From contig CACHJT010000006.1 in assembly GCA_902580215.1 (NCBI GenBank), forward strand, positions 1,223-65,222: a DNA stretch of 64,000 nt. The letters run 5' to 3'. Positions within the stretch are counted from its first letter, which is position 1. The number at the start of each line of letters is the position of its first letter. A program made the position numbers and the translations under genes. Of the stretch, positions 39,768-50,003 are shown in pieces. A model generated the notes under the pieces. That model ran no database searches. It saw only the letters and a list, made by a program, of their open reading frames with translations, and was not told where the DNA came from. Source of the DNA: an uncultured Candidatus Actinomarina sp. Its GTDB lineage: Bacteria > Actinomycetota > Acidimicrobiia > Actinomarinales > Actinomarinaceae.

Positions 39768-40822
39768 TTGGAATAATTGTATCTGGTGGCATTAGTTTTC
39801 TTGTAGTAATTTTTTCTACATTGATTGGTGTTAATTTTTTCAGATCTAGAAATATAGGACAAGAAATTCAAGAAGAGGTAAATTTTCACGATCACAAAAA
39901 AGGAACTCCAACAATGGGAGGATTATTTATCGTTTTCGGCACTATTGCTGGCTACTCATTATCTCATATAAATTTTTGGACTATTGGAGAAGGATTTAAA
40001 GTTGAATTAACTTCTATGAATTTGAATGTTATTTTACTTTTTGTACTGGCCTTTCTTATGGCAATGGTAGGTTTTATAGACGATTATTTAAAGGTTAAAG
40101 CTGGAAGAAATTTAGGATTAAAACCTACACAAAAATTTGCTTTACAATTTTTGATTGGTTGTATTAGTGCTTATTATTTTATATTTTTAAATTATGATTC
40201 AAACTTCTACTTTTTTAGCGGCTTAGGTTTTGATATAGGCATTGTTAAATGGTTGATAATTATATTTTTTATTATAGGTATTACAAATTCGGTGAATTTT
40301 ACAGATGGTTTGGATGGATTGGTTGCCGGAAGTAGCGCAATTAGTTTTGGAGGGATTTTAATTATCTCTTTTTGGATTTATCGTCATCCAGCGTATTATT
40401 CCAATTTTATAGGTGATGATTTCCTAACTGTTGAACTTTCGCTATTAATTTCTGCTGTAGCTGGTGCTTGTTTAGGTTTTTTATGGTGGAATACCAATCC
40501 TGCAAAAATTATAATGGGAGATGTAGGGTCGCATTTCTTAGGTTCTCTATTCCCATTAATATTATTTGCTCTGGGTGCAGATGGATTAATATTTTTCTTT
40601 TGTTTTCTTTTTATTCTTGAAGGAGTTTCTGTAGTTGTACAAATACTTTCATTCAAATATAGACAAAAAAGAGTTTTCAAAATGGCACCAATTCATCATC
40701 ATTTTGAAATGAGTAATTGGGCTGAAACCACAATTATTGTGAGGTTTTGGATAATTAATGGTATTGCTGTAGTTATTGGCCTGGGTTTGTTCTATGCAGA
40801 TTATGTATTATTTGGTCAATGA
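39764..40822 (+). CDS. mraY: Phospho-MurNAc-pentapeptide transferase
   Basis: KKGTPTMGG, GFIDD, NSVNFTDGLDGL, MGDVGS, MAPIHHHFE. Confidence 0.96.
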   Translation: MIGIIVSGGISFLVVIFSTLIGVNFFRSRNIGQEIQEEVNFHDHKKGTPTMGGLFIVFGTIAGYSLSHINFWTIGEGFKVELTSMNLNVILLFVLAFLMAMVGFIDDYLKVKAGRNLGLKPTQKFALQFLIGCISAYYFIFLNYDSNFYFFSGLGFDIGIVKWLIIIFFIIGITNSVNFTDGLDGLVAGSSAISFGGILIISFWIYRHPAYYSNFIGDDFLTVELSLLISAVAGACLGFLWWNTNPAKIIMGDVGSHFLGSLFPLILFALGADGLIFFFCFLFILEGVSVVVQILSFKYRQKRVFKMAPIHHHFEMSNWAETTIIVRFWIINGIAVVIGLGLFYADYVLFGQ

Positions 40823-42003
40823 AGTCTTCACTGATACTTGGATACGGCTCAACAGGACAAGATATTGAACAATATTTAATTTCTCAAAACAAAAACTATT
40901 TAATACACGACGATTTAAAAAATATCGATAAAAAATATAAATTTAATACAGAAAACATTAACAATATAGAAACTATTTTTGTATCTCCTGGTGTAAAAAA
41001 AGATCATGAAATTCTAAGAATGGCATCATCCAGTGGAATTAAAATTATGACAGACATTGAGTTATTCAGTGAAATAAACAATGTAAAACTTATAGGTGTC
41101 ACAGGTACTAATGGCAAAACGTCTTTTGTTACATTATTAGACAGGATTTTAAATAAATATGATATTAAAAGTAAACCAGCTGGAAACATAGGAAATTCAC
41201 CATTAAATTTAATCTCAGACTCGAATGATTTAGATTATTTGATTTTAGAACTTTCAAGTTTTCAGCTGACTCATATCAACAAAATTGAACTTGAAATGGC
41301 TGTTGTTTTAAATATCTATCAAGACCATATTGATTGGCATGAAACTTTTGAACAGTATGTATTTTCTAAATTAAAAATATTTAATTTTACAACTAATCAA
41401 GAAAATAATTTTTTAGGACCTGTTGATAGTCAAGTCAAGACAGAAGGAATATTGTCTAAAAATGTTAAAAATTTTAATGAGGAAAAATTCAATTTAGATA
41501 ATTACTTTGATGATTTTGTATCTATTTTTATAGATGTTTGTAATGAATTTTCTATAACCAAAGAAGAAGTTTTAAATTTTTTAACTTCACAGTCATCTGT
41601 AGAACATAGATTTGAACATTTTCATACTAAAAATGGAGTTAAGTTCATAAATGATTCAAAGTCAACAAATTTAGAATCAGTTAATAAGGCATCTTACAAA
41701 GTTAAAAATTGCCTGCTTATAATGCACGGACTTTTAAAGGGAATAGATATTAAAAGATTATCTCTTTCAAATGAAATAAAAGAAATTATGGTACCTAAAA
41801 ATTCTGAATTTGATATCAATAGTGATAATTTCTTAGTTGTTGAATATGAAGATTTTGAAGATTTAAAAAAATATATAAAAAATAATTATAAAAATTTTGA
41901 TACTGTTCTTTTTTCATGCGGCGGATCAAGTTTCAGTAATTTTAAGAATTATATGGAAAGAGGAGAATATTTTAAGGATTTGATTGTAGGTGAAATTATT
42001 TGA
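40819..42003 (+). CDS. murD: UDP-MurNAc-Ala:D-Glu ligase
   Basis: TGTNGKTS, ELSSFQL, DHIDWH, INDSKSTN, RGE.F. Confidence 0.92.
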   Translation: MKSSLILGYGSTGQDIEQYLISQNKNYLIHDDLKNIDKKYKFNTENINNIETIFVSPGVKKDHEILRMASSSGIKIMTDIELFSEINNVKLIGVTGTNGKTSFVTLLDRILNKYDIKSKPAGNIGNSPLNLISDSNDLDYLILELSSFQLTHINKIELEMAVVLNIYQDHIDWHETFEQYVFSKLKIFNFTTNQENNFLGPVDSQVKTEGILSKNVKNFNEEKFNLDNYFDDFVSIFIDVCNEFSITKEEVLNFLTSQSSVEHRFEHFHTKNGVKFINDSKSTNLESVNKASYKVKNCLLIMHGLLKGIDIKRLSLSNEIKEIMVPKNSEFDINSDNFLVVEYEDFEDLKKYIKNNYKNFDTVLFSCGGSSFSNFKNYMERGEYFKDLIVGEII

Positions 42004-43097
42004 AAGTCGATTCATTAAATTTCATTAAAAGACTAAATATATTTTCTGTGCTGTTTTTAATTTCTTTTGGAATATTACTGAATGTTTCTGCTTCATCAGT
42101 TGAAGGTTTAAATCTTTATGGTGATAATTTTTATTTCATAAAGCGTCATTTAACTGCGATAATACTCGGTGCAATAATTTTTAATATTTTAAAAAATTTA
42201 AATATTAGCTTCATTGAAAAATTCTCTTCTATTTCAATGGTATTTATTACTACCACACTATTTTTAGTTTTAACTTATGGAATAGTAGTAGGAGGTAGTA
42301 GACGATGGATAGATCTTGGGATTGTTAATTTTCAACCAAGTGAGCTCGCAAAACCTTTAATTATATTGTGGGTTGCTAAACAAATATCAAATGACATAAC
42401 AGAAGATACTGATCTCAAAAAGTTTGTAAGATCTATCTTTTTACCACTACTATGTGCTTTCTTAATCTTACTGGAACCAGATTATGGTACTTTTGCTTCA
42501 ATCTGTTTTATTTTGTTTTCACAAATATTTTTTTCAAAAATTAAAATTATTTACCCATCACTAACTATTATTGCATCTATTTTGCCACTATATTTTGTAG
42601 CAACTTCGAGTGAATACCGTTTAAGTAGGATAGAAACCTGGCTTTCTAGAAAGTGTGATTTGGGTATAGATTTGTTAGGGGACTGCTTTCAACTTAATCA
42701 AAGCAGAATTGCTATTAGTTCTGGGGGTCTTTTTGGTCTTGGCCCTGGTACATCTAGAGCTAGATGGGGATCATTGCCAAACTCATACTCTGATTTTATA
42801 TCATCAATAATTGGCGAAGAGTATGGATTTTTTGGTTTATTTTTATTGGTCTTAGCTTTCTTTATATTAATATCAACGACTTTTCTTATAGCAATTAGAG
42901 AAAAAAATGAAATTAAAAAACTAATTTCTGTTGGTTTTGGCAGTTGGATATTTTTTCAAACAGTTATAAATCTTGGAGGTGCAGTTGGTATTGTGCCAAT
43001 TACAGGAATTGTTCTTCCATTTGTTTCTTATGGATCAAGCGCTATGATTTCGATTTTTATAGCATTAGGTATTATGTATTCAAGAGATTATGAATAA
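42000..43097 (+). CDS. ftsW: SEDS peptidoglycan polymerase FtsW
   Basis: GSRRWI, FQPSELAK, EPDYGT, SDFISSIIGEE, LPFVSYGSS. Confidence 0.95.
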   Translation: MKVDSLNFIKRLNIFSVLFLISFGILLNVSASSVEGLNLYGDNFYFIKRHLTAIILGAIIFNILKNLNISFIEKFSSISMVFITTTLFLVLTYGIVVGGSRRWIDLGIVNFQPSELAKPLIILWVAKQISNDITEDTDLKKFVRSIFLPLLCAFLILLEPDYGTFASICFILFSQIFFSKIKIIYPSLTIIASILPLYFVATSSEYRLSRIETWLSRKCDLGIDLLGDCFQLNQSRIAISSGGLFGLGPGTSRARWGSLPNSYSDFISSIIGEEYGFFGLFLLVLAFFILISTTFLIAIREKNEIKKLISVGFGSWIFFQTVINLGGAVGIVPITGIVLPFVSYGSSAMISIFIALGIMYSRDYE

Positions 43098-44106
43098 GAG
43101 AGTATGTTTTTTTTGTGTTGGAACTGGAGGACATGTATTACCAGTACGAAACCTTATTAAAGAATTAAAAGAATTAGGAATTAATAATCAAGATATATTT
43201 GTTATTTGTGACAATCGGGGAAGACAATATCTAGACAATTTAGATGTAAGCATTCATACTCCTGAAATATTCGCTTCAAAGAAAGGAGTAGTGGGATATA
43301 TATTTAATATTTTTACAATATCAAGATCTATTAGAGAGGTAACCAAAATTCTTAAAGATCAGAATATATCAGTAGTACTTACAACAGGGGCATACATTGC
43401 TCCAGTAGCTGCAATTGTCTCAAAAATTTTGAAAGCTAAATTTTTTATTCAAGAACAAAATATTTATGCAGGCTTAGGAAATAAGATGAGTGCGATATTT
43501 GCAAAAACAATATTTACATCATTTGAAAACACTCAAAATATAAATAAAAGTAAATTAAAACATACTGGACCAGTAGTAAACACAACACTAGAAAGAAAAT
43601 ATATTGAACCATTAGGGGTACAAACGATTGGTTTTGTTGGAGGAAGTCAAGGGTCTGAAGAAATAAATGACTATGTTGAACAGTTTCTTAATAGCGAAGC
43701 CTCATCGGAGTTTAATGTTCTACATATAACAGGGAAAGCTAAGAATACTAATAAATTAGAACTTCAAAATTATAAAAGTTATGAATTTTTAAATGACATG
43801 GATGATTTTTACAAAAATATAGATATATTAGTAGGTCGTGCAGGAGGGGGTTCTCTTGAGGCTGCTTATTTAGGCATTCCACAAATAGTAGTACCATACA
43901 AGCATGGCACCACATCGTCTCACCAAGATTTGAATGCAAGGTATTTAGAAAATAATAAGTTTGGATTTAAAGTGAATTCATTTGATGAGTTGTTAAGCAA
44001 AGTTTCAGAAATTTCAGTAAAAATTAAATCTAATAATTTAGATATACCAAAGATAGTGATTGGAAATCAATCTATAGCTGAGGAGATTTATGAGTATATC
44101 AATTAA
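43090..44106 (+). CDS. murG: Undecaprenyl-PP-MurNAc-pentapeptide GlcNAc transferase
   Basis: GTGGHV.P, QEQN, GGSQGS, HQ..NA. Confidence 0.92.
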   Translation: MNKRVCFFCVGTGGHVLPVRNLIKELKELGINNQDIFVICDNRGRQYLDNLDVSIHTPEIFASKKGVVGYIFNIFTISRSIREVTKILKDQNISVVLTTGAYIAPVAAIVSKILKAKFFIQEQNIYAGLGNKMSAIFAKTIFTSFENTQNINKSKLKHTGPVVNTTLERKYIEPLGVQTIGFVGGSQGSEEINDYVEQFLNSEASSEFNVLHITGKAKNTNKLELQNYKSYEFLNDMDDFYKNIDILVGRAGGGSLEAAYLGIPQIVVPYKHGTTSSHQDLNARYLENNKFGFKVNSFDELLSKVSEISVKIKSNNLDIPKIVIGNQSIAEEIYEYIN

Positions 44107-45409
44107 TACTTTTAAATCATGTTACATAGTTGGTATTGGTGGTTCTGGCATGAGCTCTATTGCAAAATATTTATTTCAAAAGGGTTTAGAAGTATCAGGA
44201 TATGATCAAAGAAGTTCTTATGTTACTAATCTTTTAAATAACGATGGTATAAAAGTAGATTTTGACATCTCTAATGCTACTTACAGCAGCGAAACATTAT
44301 ATATTGTTTCATCAGCAATAAATATAGAATCTACTTTCTTAAGTGATTTTGTAAAACAATCCAATGTTTTAACAAGGCCAGATTTTTTAAAATTATTATC
44401 TGCATCTGTTGACGTAATAGGAATAACGGGAACACATGGTAAAACATCTACAACGGCCTTACTTGCGCATATGTTTAAATTTAATGACATCGATATATCG
44501 TATATATACGGTGGTGTTACCTCATTTAATGGGATAGGTGGCCATTATGGTGATAAAAATCTTCCCTTAATACTAGAGACTGATGAAGCATTCAATACTT
44601 TTAAAGATATTCAAATTAAAAACTTACTCGTAACAAATATAGATCATGATCATATTGATTATTTTGGATCTTTTGAAAATTTAGTAAAAGCTTTTAAGCA
44701 TGTTATTTCAAACGTAGAAGGTAAATGCGTAATTAATGTTGATGATGATCAATTATCTAAATTAATAAGATCAGAAGATATTTCTTACTCATCTTCTAAA
44801 GATTCTAATTACAAATTAAATTCATATTCAAGCTTTCTGTTGGAGGGAAAAAAATTCAAAATTAATACAAAGTTAATAGGAGATCATTTTATTTCAAATA
44901 TCGTTGGAGCAATTGCTTTAGCAAATTTGAACGGATTATCAATAGAACAAAGCTTGAATGCTATTGAACATTTTACTGGAGTAAAAAGAAGAACCGAGTT
45001 CATTGGAGAATTTAATGGTATAAATTTTTATGATGATTATGGGCATCATCCAACTGAAATCAAGGCAACTACCAAAGCTTTAAAGGCACATACACAAGGA
45101 AAATTAATAGTAGTGTTTCAACCACATAGGTACACAAGAACTAGAGATAATTTTAATGATTTGAGTAATTCTTTTGAATACTCGGATTTGACTCTTATTA
45201 CAGACATATATTCAGCAGGAGAAAAGCCAATTCCAGGAGTTTCTAGTCTTATGTTTGAAAGTGAAAAGATCAAATATGTAAAATCGCCTAGGATGGTGCC
45301 TCCTTATTTGAAGAACAACATTTCTCCAGGAGATACAGTACTAACTATTGGAGCTGGAGATATTACTCTTTTAGGTCCTCAGATATTAAAATATTTAAAT
45401 GAAAACTAG
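44090..45409 (+). CDS. murC: UDP-MurNAc:L-Ala ligase
   Basis: GIGGSGMS, GTHGKTSTT, ETDE, NIDHDH, DDYGHHPTE, FQPHRYTRT. Confidence 0.96.
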   Translation: MSISINTFKSCYIVGIGGSGMSSIAKYLFQKGLEVSGYDQRSSYVTNLLNNDGIKVDFDISNATYSSETLYIVSSAINIESTFLSDFVKQSNVLTRPDFLKLLSASVDVIGITGTHGKTSTTALLAHMFKFNDIDISYIYGGVTSFNGIGGHYGDKNLPLILETDEAFNTFKDIQIKNLLVTNIDHDHIDYFGSFENLVKAFKHVISNVEGKCVINVDDDQLSKLIRSEDISYSSSKDSNYKLNSYSSFLLEGKKFKINTKLIGDHFISNIVGAIALANLNGLSIEQSLNAIEHFTGVKRRTEFIGEFNGINFYDDYGHHPTEIKATTKALKAHTQGKLIVVFQPHRYTRTRDNFNDLSNSFEYSDLTLITDIYSAGEKPIPGVSSLMFESEKIKYVKSPRMVPPYLKNNISPGDTVLTIGAGDITLLGPQILKYLNEN

Positions 45410-46259
45410 TAGCGTAAATCTTTCATCGGTAACTACATATAGATTTGGTGGTCTGTGTAAAAACTTCATCACTATAGATAATGTAGATAATTTTTCCAAG
45501 ATATCTAAAGAAATAAATAGTAACAACACATTCGTTCTTGGAAAAGGATCGAATATTGCATTTTCTGACAGCGAATTTAGAGGTTATGTTTTACAAACAG
45601 ATTTTAATTTTATAAATTTACTTAACGATGAGAACACATTAGAAGTTGGCTCTAGTGTGTATCTACCTGATTTGTCGAGGTATTTAAAAAAGGAAAGTTT
45701 AGAAGGGGGAGAGTTTTTACTAGGTATCCCAGGCTCTATTGGAGGAGCGTTAAAAATGAATGCTGGAGCATATGGATATGAAATCGGAAGAAATGTTGTA
45801 GAGGTCAATTGTTATGACTTAGATCAAAAACAGCTTGTTAAATTAGATCCTAAGTCAATAAATTACAGTTATAGAAAATCTAGCAACCTTAACAACAAAG
45901 TTATATTGTCAGCAATTTTAAAATTTGAAAAAGGAAATTCTAAAGAAATATCAGAGAAAATGTCTGAATTCAATAAAAATAGAAAAAAAAGCCAACCTCC
46001 AGGCATATACAACGCTGGAAGTGTGTTTAAAAATACTGAAGAGTATTTTGCAGGGGAGTTAATTGAAAAAGCAGGCTTAAAAGGATATTCGATTAACAAT
46101 GTAAGCGTTAGTAGCAAACATGCTAACTTTTTTATCGCAAAGAAGGGAGCAAAGGCATTGTCTTTATACAAATTGGTACAGCATGTAAAAGAAAAGGTTA
46201 ATGATAAATACGGAGTTATGCTCGAAGAAGAAATTCAGTTTATTGGTGAGTTTAACTAA
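45399..46259 (+). CDS. murB: UDP-N-acetylenolpyruvoylglucosamine reductase
   Basis: GKGSN, GIPGSIGGALKMNAGAYG, NAGSVFKN, KHANF. Confidence 0.95.
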   Translation: MKTSSVNLSSVTTYRFGGLCKNFITIDNVDNFSKISKEINSNNTFVLGKGSNIAFSDSEFRGYVLQTDFNFINLLNDENTLEVGSSVYLPDLSRYLKKESLEGGEFLLGIPGSIGGALKMNAGAYGYEIGRNVVEVNCYDLDQKQLVKLDPKSINYSYRKSSNLNNKVILSAILKFEKGNSKEISEKMSEFNKNRKKSQPPGIYNAGSVFKNTEEYFAGELIEKAGLKGYSINNVSVSSKHANFFIAKKGAKALSLYKLVQHVKEKVNDKYGVMLEEEIQFIGEFN

Positions 46260-46958
46260 ATGGAAATCGATTTTAATGAACAAGAGAAAGTATCTTTTCG
46301 ATCATTTCTAATATTTAGTCTTTTTTTATTAATAATTTTAAATACTGGCTTTACCTTGAACTCTGCTTATTTTAGAGTAAGCAAAGTTGAAGTGCTCGGT
46401 AATAACGAGATATTTGATGAAGCTGATTTAATTAAACCGGCTTTAGGTCAATCCATTTGGTTAGTTAGTAGTGATACTTTTTCCGATAATTTACTGCAGA
46501 TACCAACAATTGAAAGCGTCATTATTTCAAAAGAATATCCAAATAAAATAACAATAGAATTGAACGAATATGACAAGATAATGAGTATTACTGATTTAAG
46601 AAGCTCTGTACCTAAAAAAAGTACCCTTTATAAAAATATGATAGAAATTGAATCAGATGAAATATTTCTTATACCTTCTCTTACCATAACTAACGGTCCT
46701 GTGCCTACAGGATTTAATGGGGAAATGGTGTCACTTATAATGACACTTGAAAGTTACAGTCTTGACGTTAACTCTTTCAAATTCACCTATGACGGGGATT
46801 TCTTCATCGGGGAGTATCGGTCTACCCTTATTGACTTTGGAAAACCATTAGATCTTGGAAGCAAGGCTTCCGCACTAGGGTCTCTCATCGAAAACTCAGA
46901 TTGTCTGGGAGAAATACGTTTTATTAGTAAAGAAGATATAATTGCGAACTGTTCATAA
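46260..46958 (+). CDS. ftsQ: Cell division protein FtsQ/DivIB
   Basis: TM followed by POTRA-like FRVSKVEVLGN...KEYPNKITIEL; directly upstream of ftsZ. Confidence 0.8.
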   Translation: MEIDFNEQEKVSFRSFLIFSLFLLIILNTGFTLNSAYFRVSKVEVLGNNEIFDEADLIKPALGQSIWLVSSDTFSDNLLQIPTIESVIISKEYPNKITIELNEYDKIMSITDLRSSVPKKSTLYKNMIEIESDEIFLIPSLTITNGPVPTGFNGEMVSLIMTLESYSLDVNSFKFTYDGDFFIGEYRSTLIDFGKPLDLGSKASALGSLIENSDCLGEIRFISKEDIIANCS

Positions 46959-46985
46959 ATCTATATCTAAACTATAGATATAGAT
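46959..46985. repeat. Perfect 11-bp inverted repeat between ftsQ and ftsZ
   Basis: ATCTATATCTA-AACTA-TAGATATAGAT. Confidence 0.8.
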
Positions 46986-47056
46986 AAAATTTGAAAAATA
47001 TATTGTTTTTAGTTATCACCAATGATATTGTTTATTTATTGAATGGAGATTAAAAC

Positions 47057-48121
47057 ATGGCAACTAAAAGAACTACAAAAGAAAAAGGAGTCAATTTAAA
47101 TATGAGACCTAGGAATTACACAGCTGTTATTAAAGTTGTTGGTGTTGGCGGCGGTGGAACAAATGCTGTTAACAGAATGATAAAAATGGGCATTAAAGGT
47201 GTAGATTTTGTTGCAGCTAATACTGATGCACAGAGCCTTTTAGGGTCCAAAGCTGATTTAAAACTTGATTTAGGTAGAAAAACAACTCGTGGACTTGGTG
47301 CAGGTGCAAATCCTGAAGTCGGAAGACAAGCTGCAATTGATTCACGAGAACTTATTGAAGAAGCTTTAAAAGGGTCTGATATGGTTTTCATAACTGCTGG
47401 AGAAGGTGGAGGTACTGGAACTGGTGCATCACCAATTATTGCAGAAATTGCACATGAGCTGGGTGCACTTACAGTAGGAGTAGTAACTAGACCTTTTGGA
47501 TTTGAAGGTAGAAGAAGATCTGTTCAAGCAGAAGAAGGAGTTCAAGCATTAAGAGATGTATTAGACACTCTTATTGTGATTCCCAATGACAGACTTTTAC
47601 AAATTTCAGATAAAGACATTAAAGCAAGTGAAGCTTATCTTAAGTCAGATGAAATATTATCTAACGGCGTTAAGGGGATTTCAGGATTAATCACTCAACC
47701 AGGAGTAATTAATGTTGACTTTGCAGATGTAAAAACAATTCTAAAAGATGCAGGAAATGCTGTTTTAGGTATTGGTAGATCAACAGGAGAACAAAGAGCT
47801 CCAAATGCTGCTCAGGCTGCAATTTCTTCACCATTATTAGAAGCAACAATGGATGGTGCAGAGGGAGTACTTATAACAATAACTGGTTCAGAAGACTTGA
47901 AACTTCAAGAAATAAATGAAGCTGCAAGAGTAATTACAGAAAAAGCCGATGATAATGCTGAAATTATCTTTGGACATACAATTGATGAAACTCTTGGAGA
48001 TGCTGTAGAGGTAACTGTTGTAGCAGCAGGTTTTGGTCCTAGACCAAACAGAAGAGTTAAAGAGTCAAGTGAATTTGAGAATAATGGAGGTGACGGTCTT
48101 CCTGATTTTATTAAAGGATGA
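47057..48121 (+). CDS. ftsZ: Cell division protein FtsZ
   Basis: [26 protein letters not shown]-terminal LPDF; alternative start at 47102. Confidence 0.98.
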   Translation: MATKRTTKEKGVNLNMRPRNYTAVIKVVGVGGGGTNAVNRMIKMGIKGVDFVAANTDAQSLLGSKADLKLDLGRKTTRGLGAGANPEVGRQAAIDSRELIEEALKGSDMVFITAGEGGGTGTGASPIIAEIAHELGALTVGVVTRPFGFEGRRRSVQAEEGVQALRDVLDTLIVIPNDRLLQISDKDIKASEAYLKSDEILSNGVKGISGLITQPGVINVDFADVKTILKDAGNAVLGIGRSTGEQRAPNAAQAAISSPLLEATMDGAEGVLITITGSEDLKLQEINEAARVITEKADDNAEIIFGHTIDETLGDAVEVTVVAAGFGPRPNRRVKESSEFENNGGDGLPDFIKG

Positions 48122-48705
48122 TCGAATCAAAATTAATTCCCAAGGCTTTATTTTCAGACAAGAGTGTTAAGTCTGTAAATAATTTAAAAGACTATGCAGG
48201 TATCGAATACATTGCGTCAATGAATCAGACTCACTCCGACATAGTCACTTTTGTGAAATCATCTGCAGTATATGATTCTGATGGAATTTATACAGAAGAG
48301 CCAAAGTTAGGATTAGTCGTTCAAACTGCTGACTGTATGCCAATTCTATTAAGTGATAAAAAAAGAATAGGTGCTATTCATTCTGGGTGGAGAGGTCTAA
48401 AGAACAATATATTAGAAAAAGCAATCAAAAAATTTGATGTAAATGAATTATCAATTTCTATTGGCCCACATGCACAGTCATGTTGCTATGAAGTTAAAGA
48501 GGATGTCAAAAAATATTTTAATGACTATACCGAACTACGAGATGGGATGTTCTTTTTAAATATGTCAAAAGCCTTGAAAGATTTATCAGAAAAAGAAGGC
48601 TTTCAAGTTGAAGTATCGTCAATATGTACAATTTGCAACAGTTCTTACAATTCTTATAGAGAAAATAAAACTTCTTCAAGACAATTTGGTGTTATATGGA
48701 AATAA
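48118..48705 (+). CDS. pgeF: PgeF/YfiH family protein
   Basis: NQTHS, TADCMP, HSGWRG, SYR; follows ftsZ. Confidence 0.88.
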   Translation: MIESKLIPKALFSDKSVKSVNNLKDYAGIEYIASMNQTHSDIVTFVKSSAVYDSDGIYTEEPKLGLVVQTADCMPILLSDKKRIGAIHSGWRGLKNNILEKAIKKFDVNELSISIGPHAQSCCYEVKEDVKKYFNDYTELRDGMFFLNMSKALKDLSEKEGFQVEVSSICTICNSSYNSYRENKTSSRQFGVIWK

Positions 48706-49307
48706 GTAACTTAGAATTAATTAATTCAAAAGTTGTGTCTTATGGTGCAAAACTTTTACCAGTAGTAAAAAACAGGACAAACGAAGAAATAAAATTTTTG
48801 TACGAATTTGGATTTAGAGAATTTGGCGAAAATAGATTAACTGACTTTAATTTGCACAAAACAGTTTATAAAGATGTTGATTATCATTTTATTGCTCCAA
48901 TACAATCCAGAAAACTTAAAGAAATTGTTAAAAACTTTAAATACATACATACAATTTCACGAGAAAAAGAAATCGATATATCAGAAAAATTAGATATTGA
49001 CTGTAATTACTTAATTCAAGTAAATATAGACAACGATCCAAAAAAAAGCGGAGTGACTAAAAATCAAGTCTTTAAATTTTATGAATATTGCATAGAGAAA
49101 AAAATTACTGTAGTTGGTTTGATGACAATCCCTGATATAAATTCTGACCCAAAGACTATTTTTTCAGAAATGCACCATATAAATGAAAAATTAATTATGG
49201 ATTACAGTTACAAAGGTGAACTCTCAATGGGCATGTCTAATGATTACGAAGTAGCACTTGATTACGGTGCTACAATAGTTCGTATAGGAACTAAACTATT
49301 TACATAA
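48696..49307 (+). CDS. yggS: PLP homeostasis protein YggS
   Basis: FGENR, HFIAPIQSRK, GLMTIP, LSMGMSNDY, RIGT.LF. Confidence 0.92.
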   Translation: MEISNLELINSKVVSYGAKLLPVVKNRTNEEIKFLYEFGFREFGENRLTDFNLHKTVYKDVDYHFIAPIQSRKLKEIVKNFKYIHTISREKEIDISEKLDIDCNYLIQVNIDNDPKKSGVTKNQVFKFYEYCIEKKITVVGLMTIPDINSDPKTIFSEMHHINEKLIMDYSYKGELSMGMSNDYEVALDYGATIVRIGTKLFT

Positions 49308-49744
49308 TGTTAGAAAAATTTCTCATCTCAATTGGATTAAAGCAGCCTGAGTCTGTAGAGGAAGTTATGTCAACTCAACAAACTACTGTTAGGCCATCCG
49401 GAGAAAATAGATTTATTGATGACGAAAATATTGGAGACATTAGGGTTCATTCACCTAAAGATGAAGTAGAAATTAAAGCTTTAAGATCATTTTCTGAAAT
49501 TCATAATTTAGGAATTGCTATAAAAGACGAATTTATAGTTGCAATGGATATAAGAGATATACCTGACCAACAAGAGAGAAGAAGAATTTTAGATTTTGTA
49601 ACAGGAATGGCTTTTATGAGCAATTCAACTATAAGATCAATAAATCGTGATGGTGTTTTTTTGATACTGCCATCAAACTCTTCATTGAGTTCTACAGAAA
49701 GAGAAAGACTCCAAGATTTAGGTTTGTATAAAATAAATGTGTAG
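49307..49744 (+). CDS. sepF: Cell division protein SepF
   Basis: RRILDFVTG motif; ftsZ-pgeF-yggS-sepF-yggT synteny. Confidence 0.82.
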   Translation: MLEKFLISIGLKQPESVEEVMSTQQTTVRPSGENRFIDDENIGDIRVHSPKDEVEIKALRSFSEIHNLGIAIKDEFIVAMDIRDIPDQQERRRILDFVTGMAFMSNSTIRSINRDGVFLILPSNSSLSSTERERLQDLGLYKINV

Positions 49745-50003
49745 TGTTACATATTTATTATTTCGATTATTTTACTACTCCCTCTTTGCATGGATAATTC
49801 TAAGTTGGATACAGGTACCTTATGACCATCCTATTGGACAAGTAAAAAGTGTGTTAGATAGATACTTTGAGAGAATACTTGCTCCAATTAGATCTAGAAT
49901 TCCAGCACTACGAATAGGTATGGCAGGTATTGATTTATCACCACTAATCCTTATTGTTGGATTTAATTTTGTTCAACCGTATATCTTAAGAGTTGTTTGT
50001 TGA
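49737..50003 (+). CDS. yggT: YggT/YlmG family membrane protein
   Basis: IILSW, ..L.PIR..IP, IDLSP. Confidence 0.88.
   Translation: MCSVTYLLFRLFYYSLFAWIILSWIQVPYDHPIGQVKSVLDRYFERILAPIRSRIPALRIGMAGIDLSPLILIVGFNFVQPYILRVVC

Noticed and set aside
46260-48121. Absence of ftsA and ddl from the dcw cluster
   Set aside because: Normal for Actinobacteria, where SepF replaces FtsA and ddl lies elsewhere.
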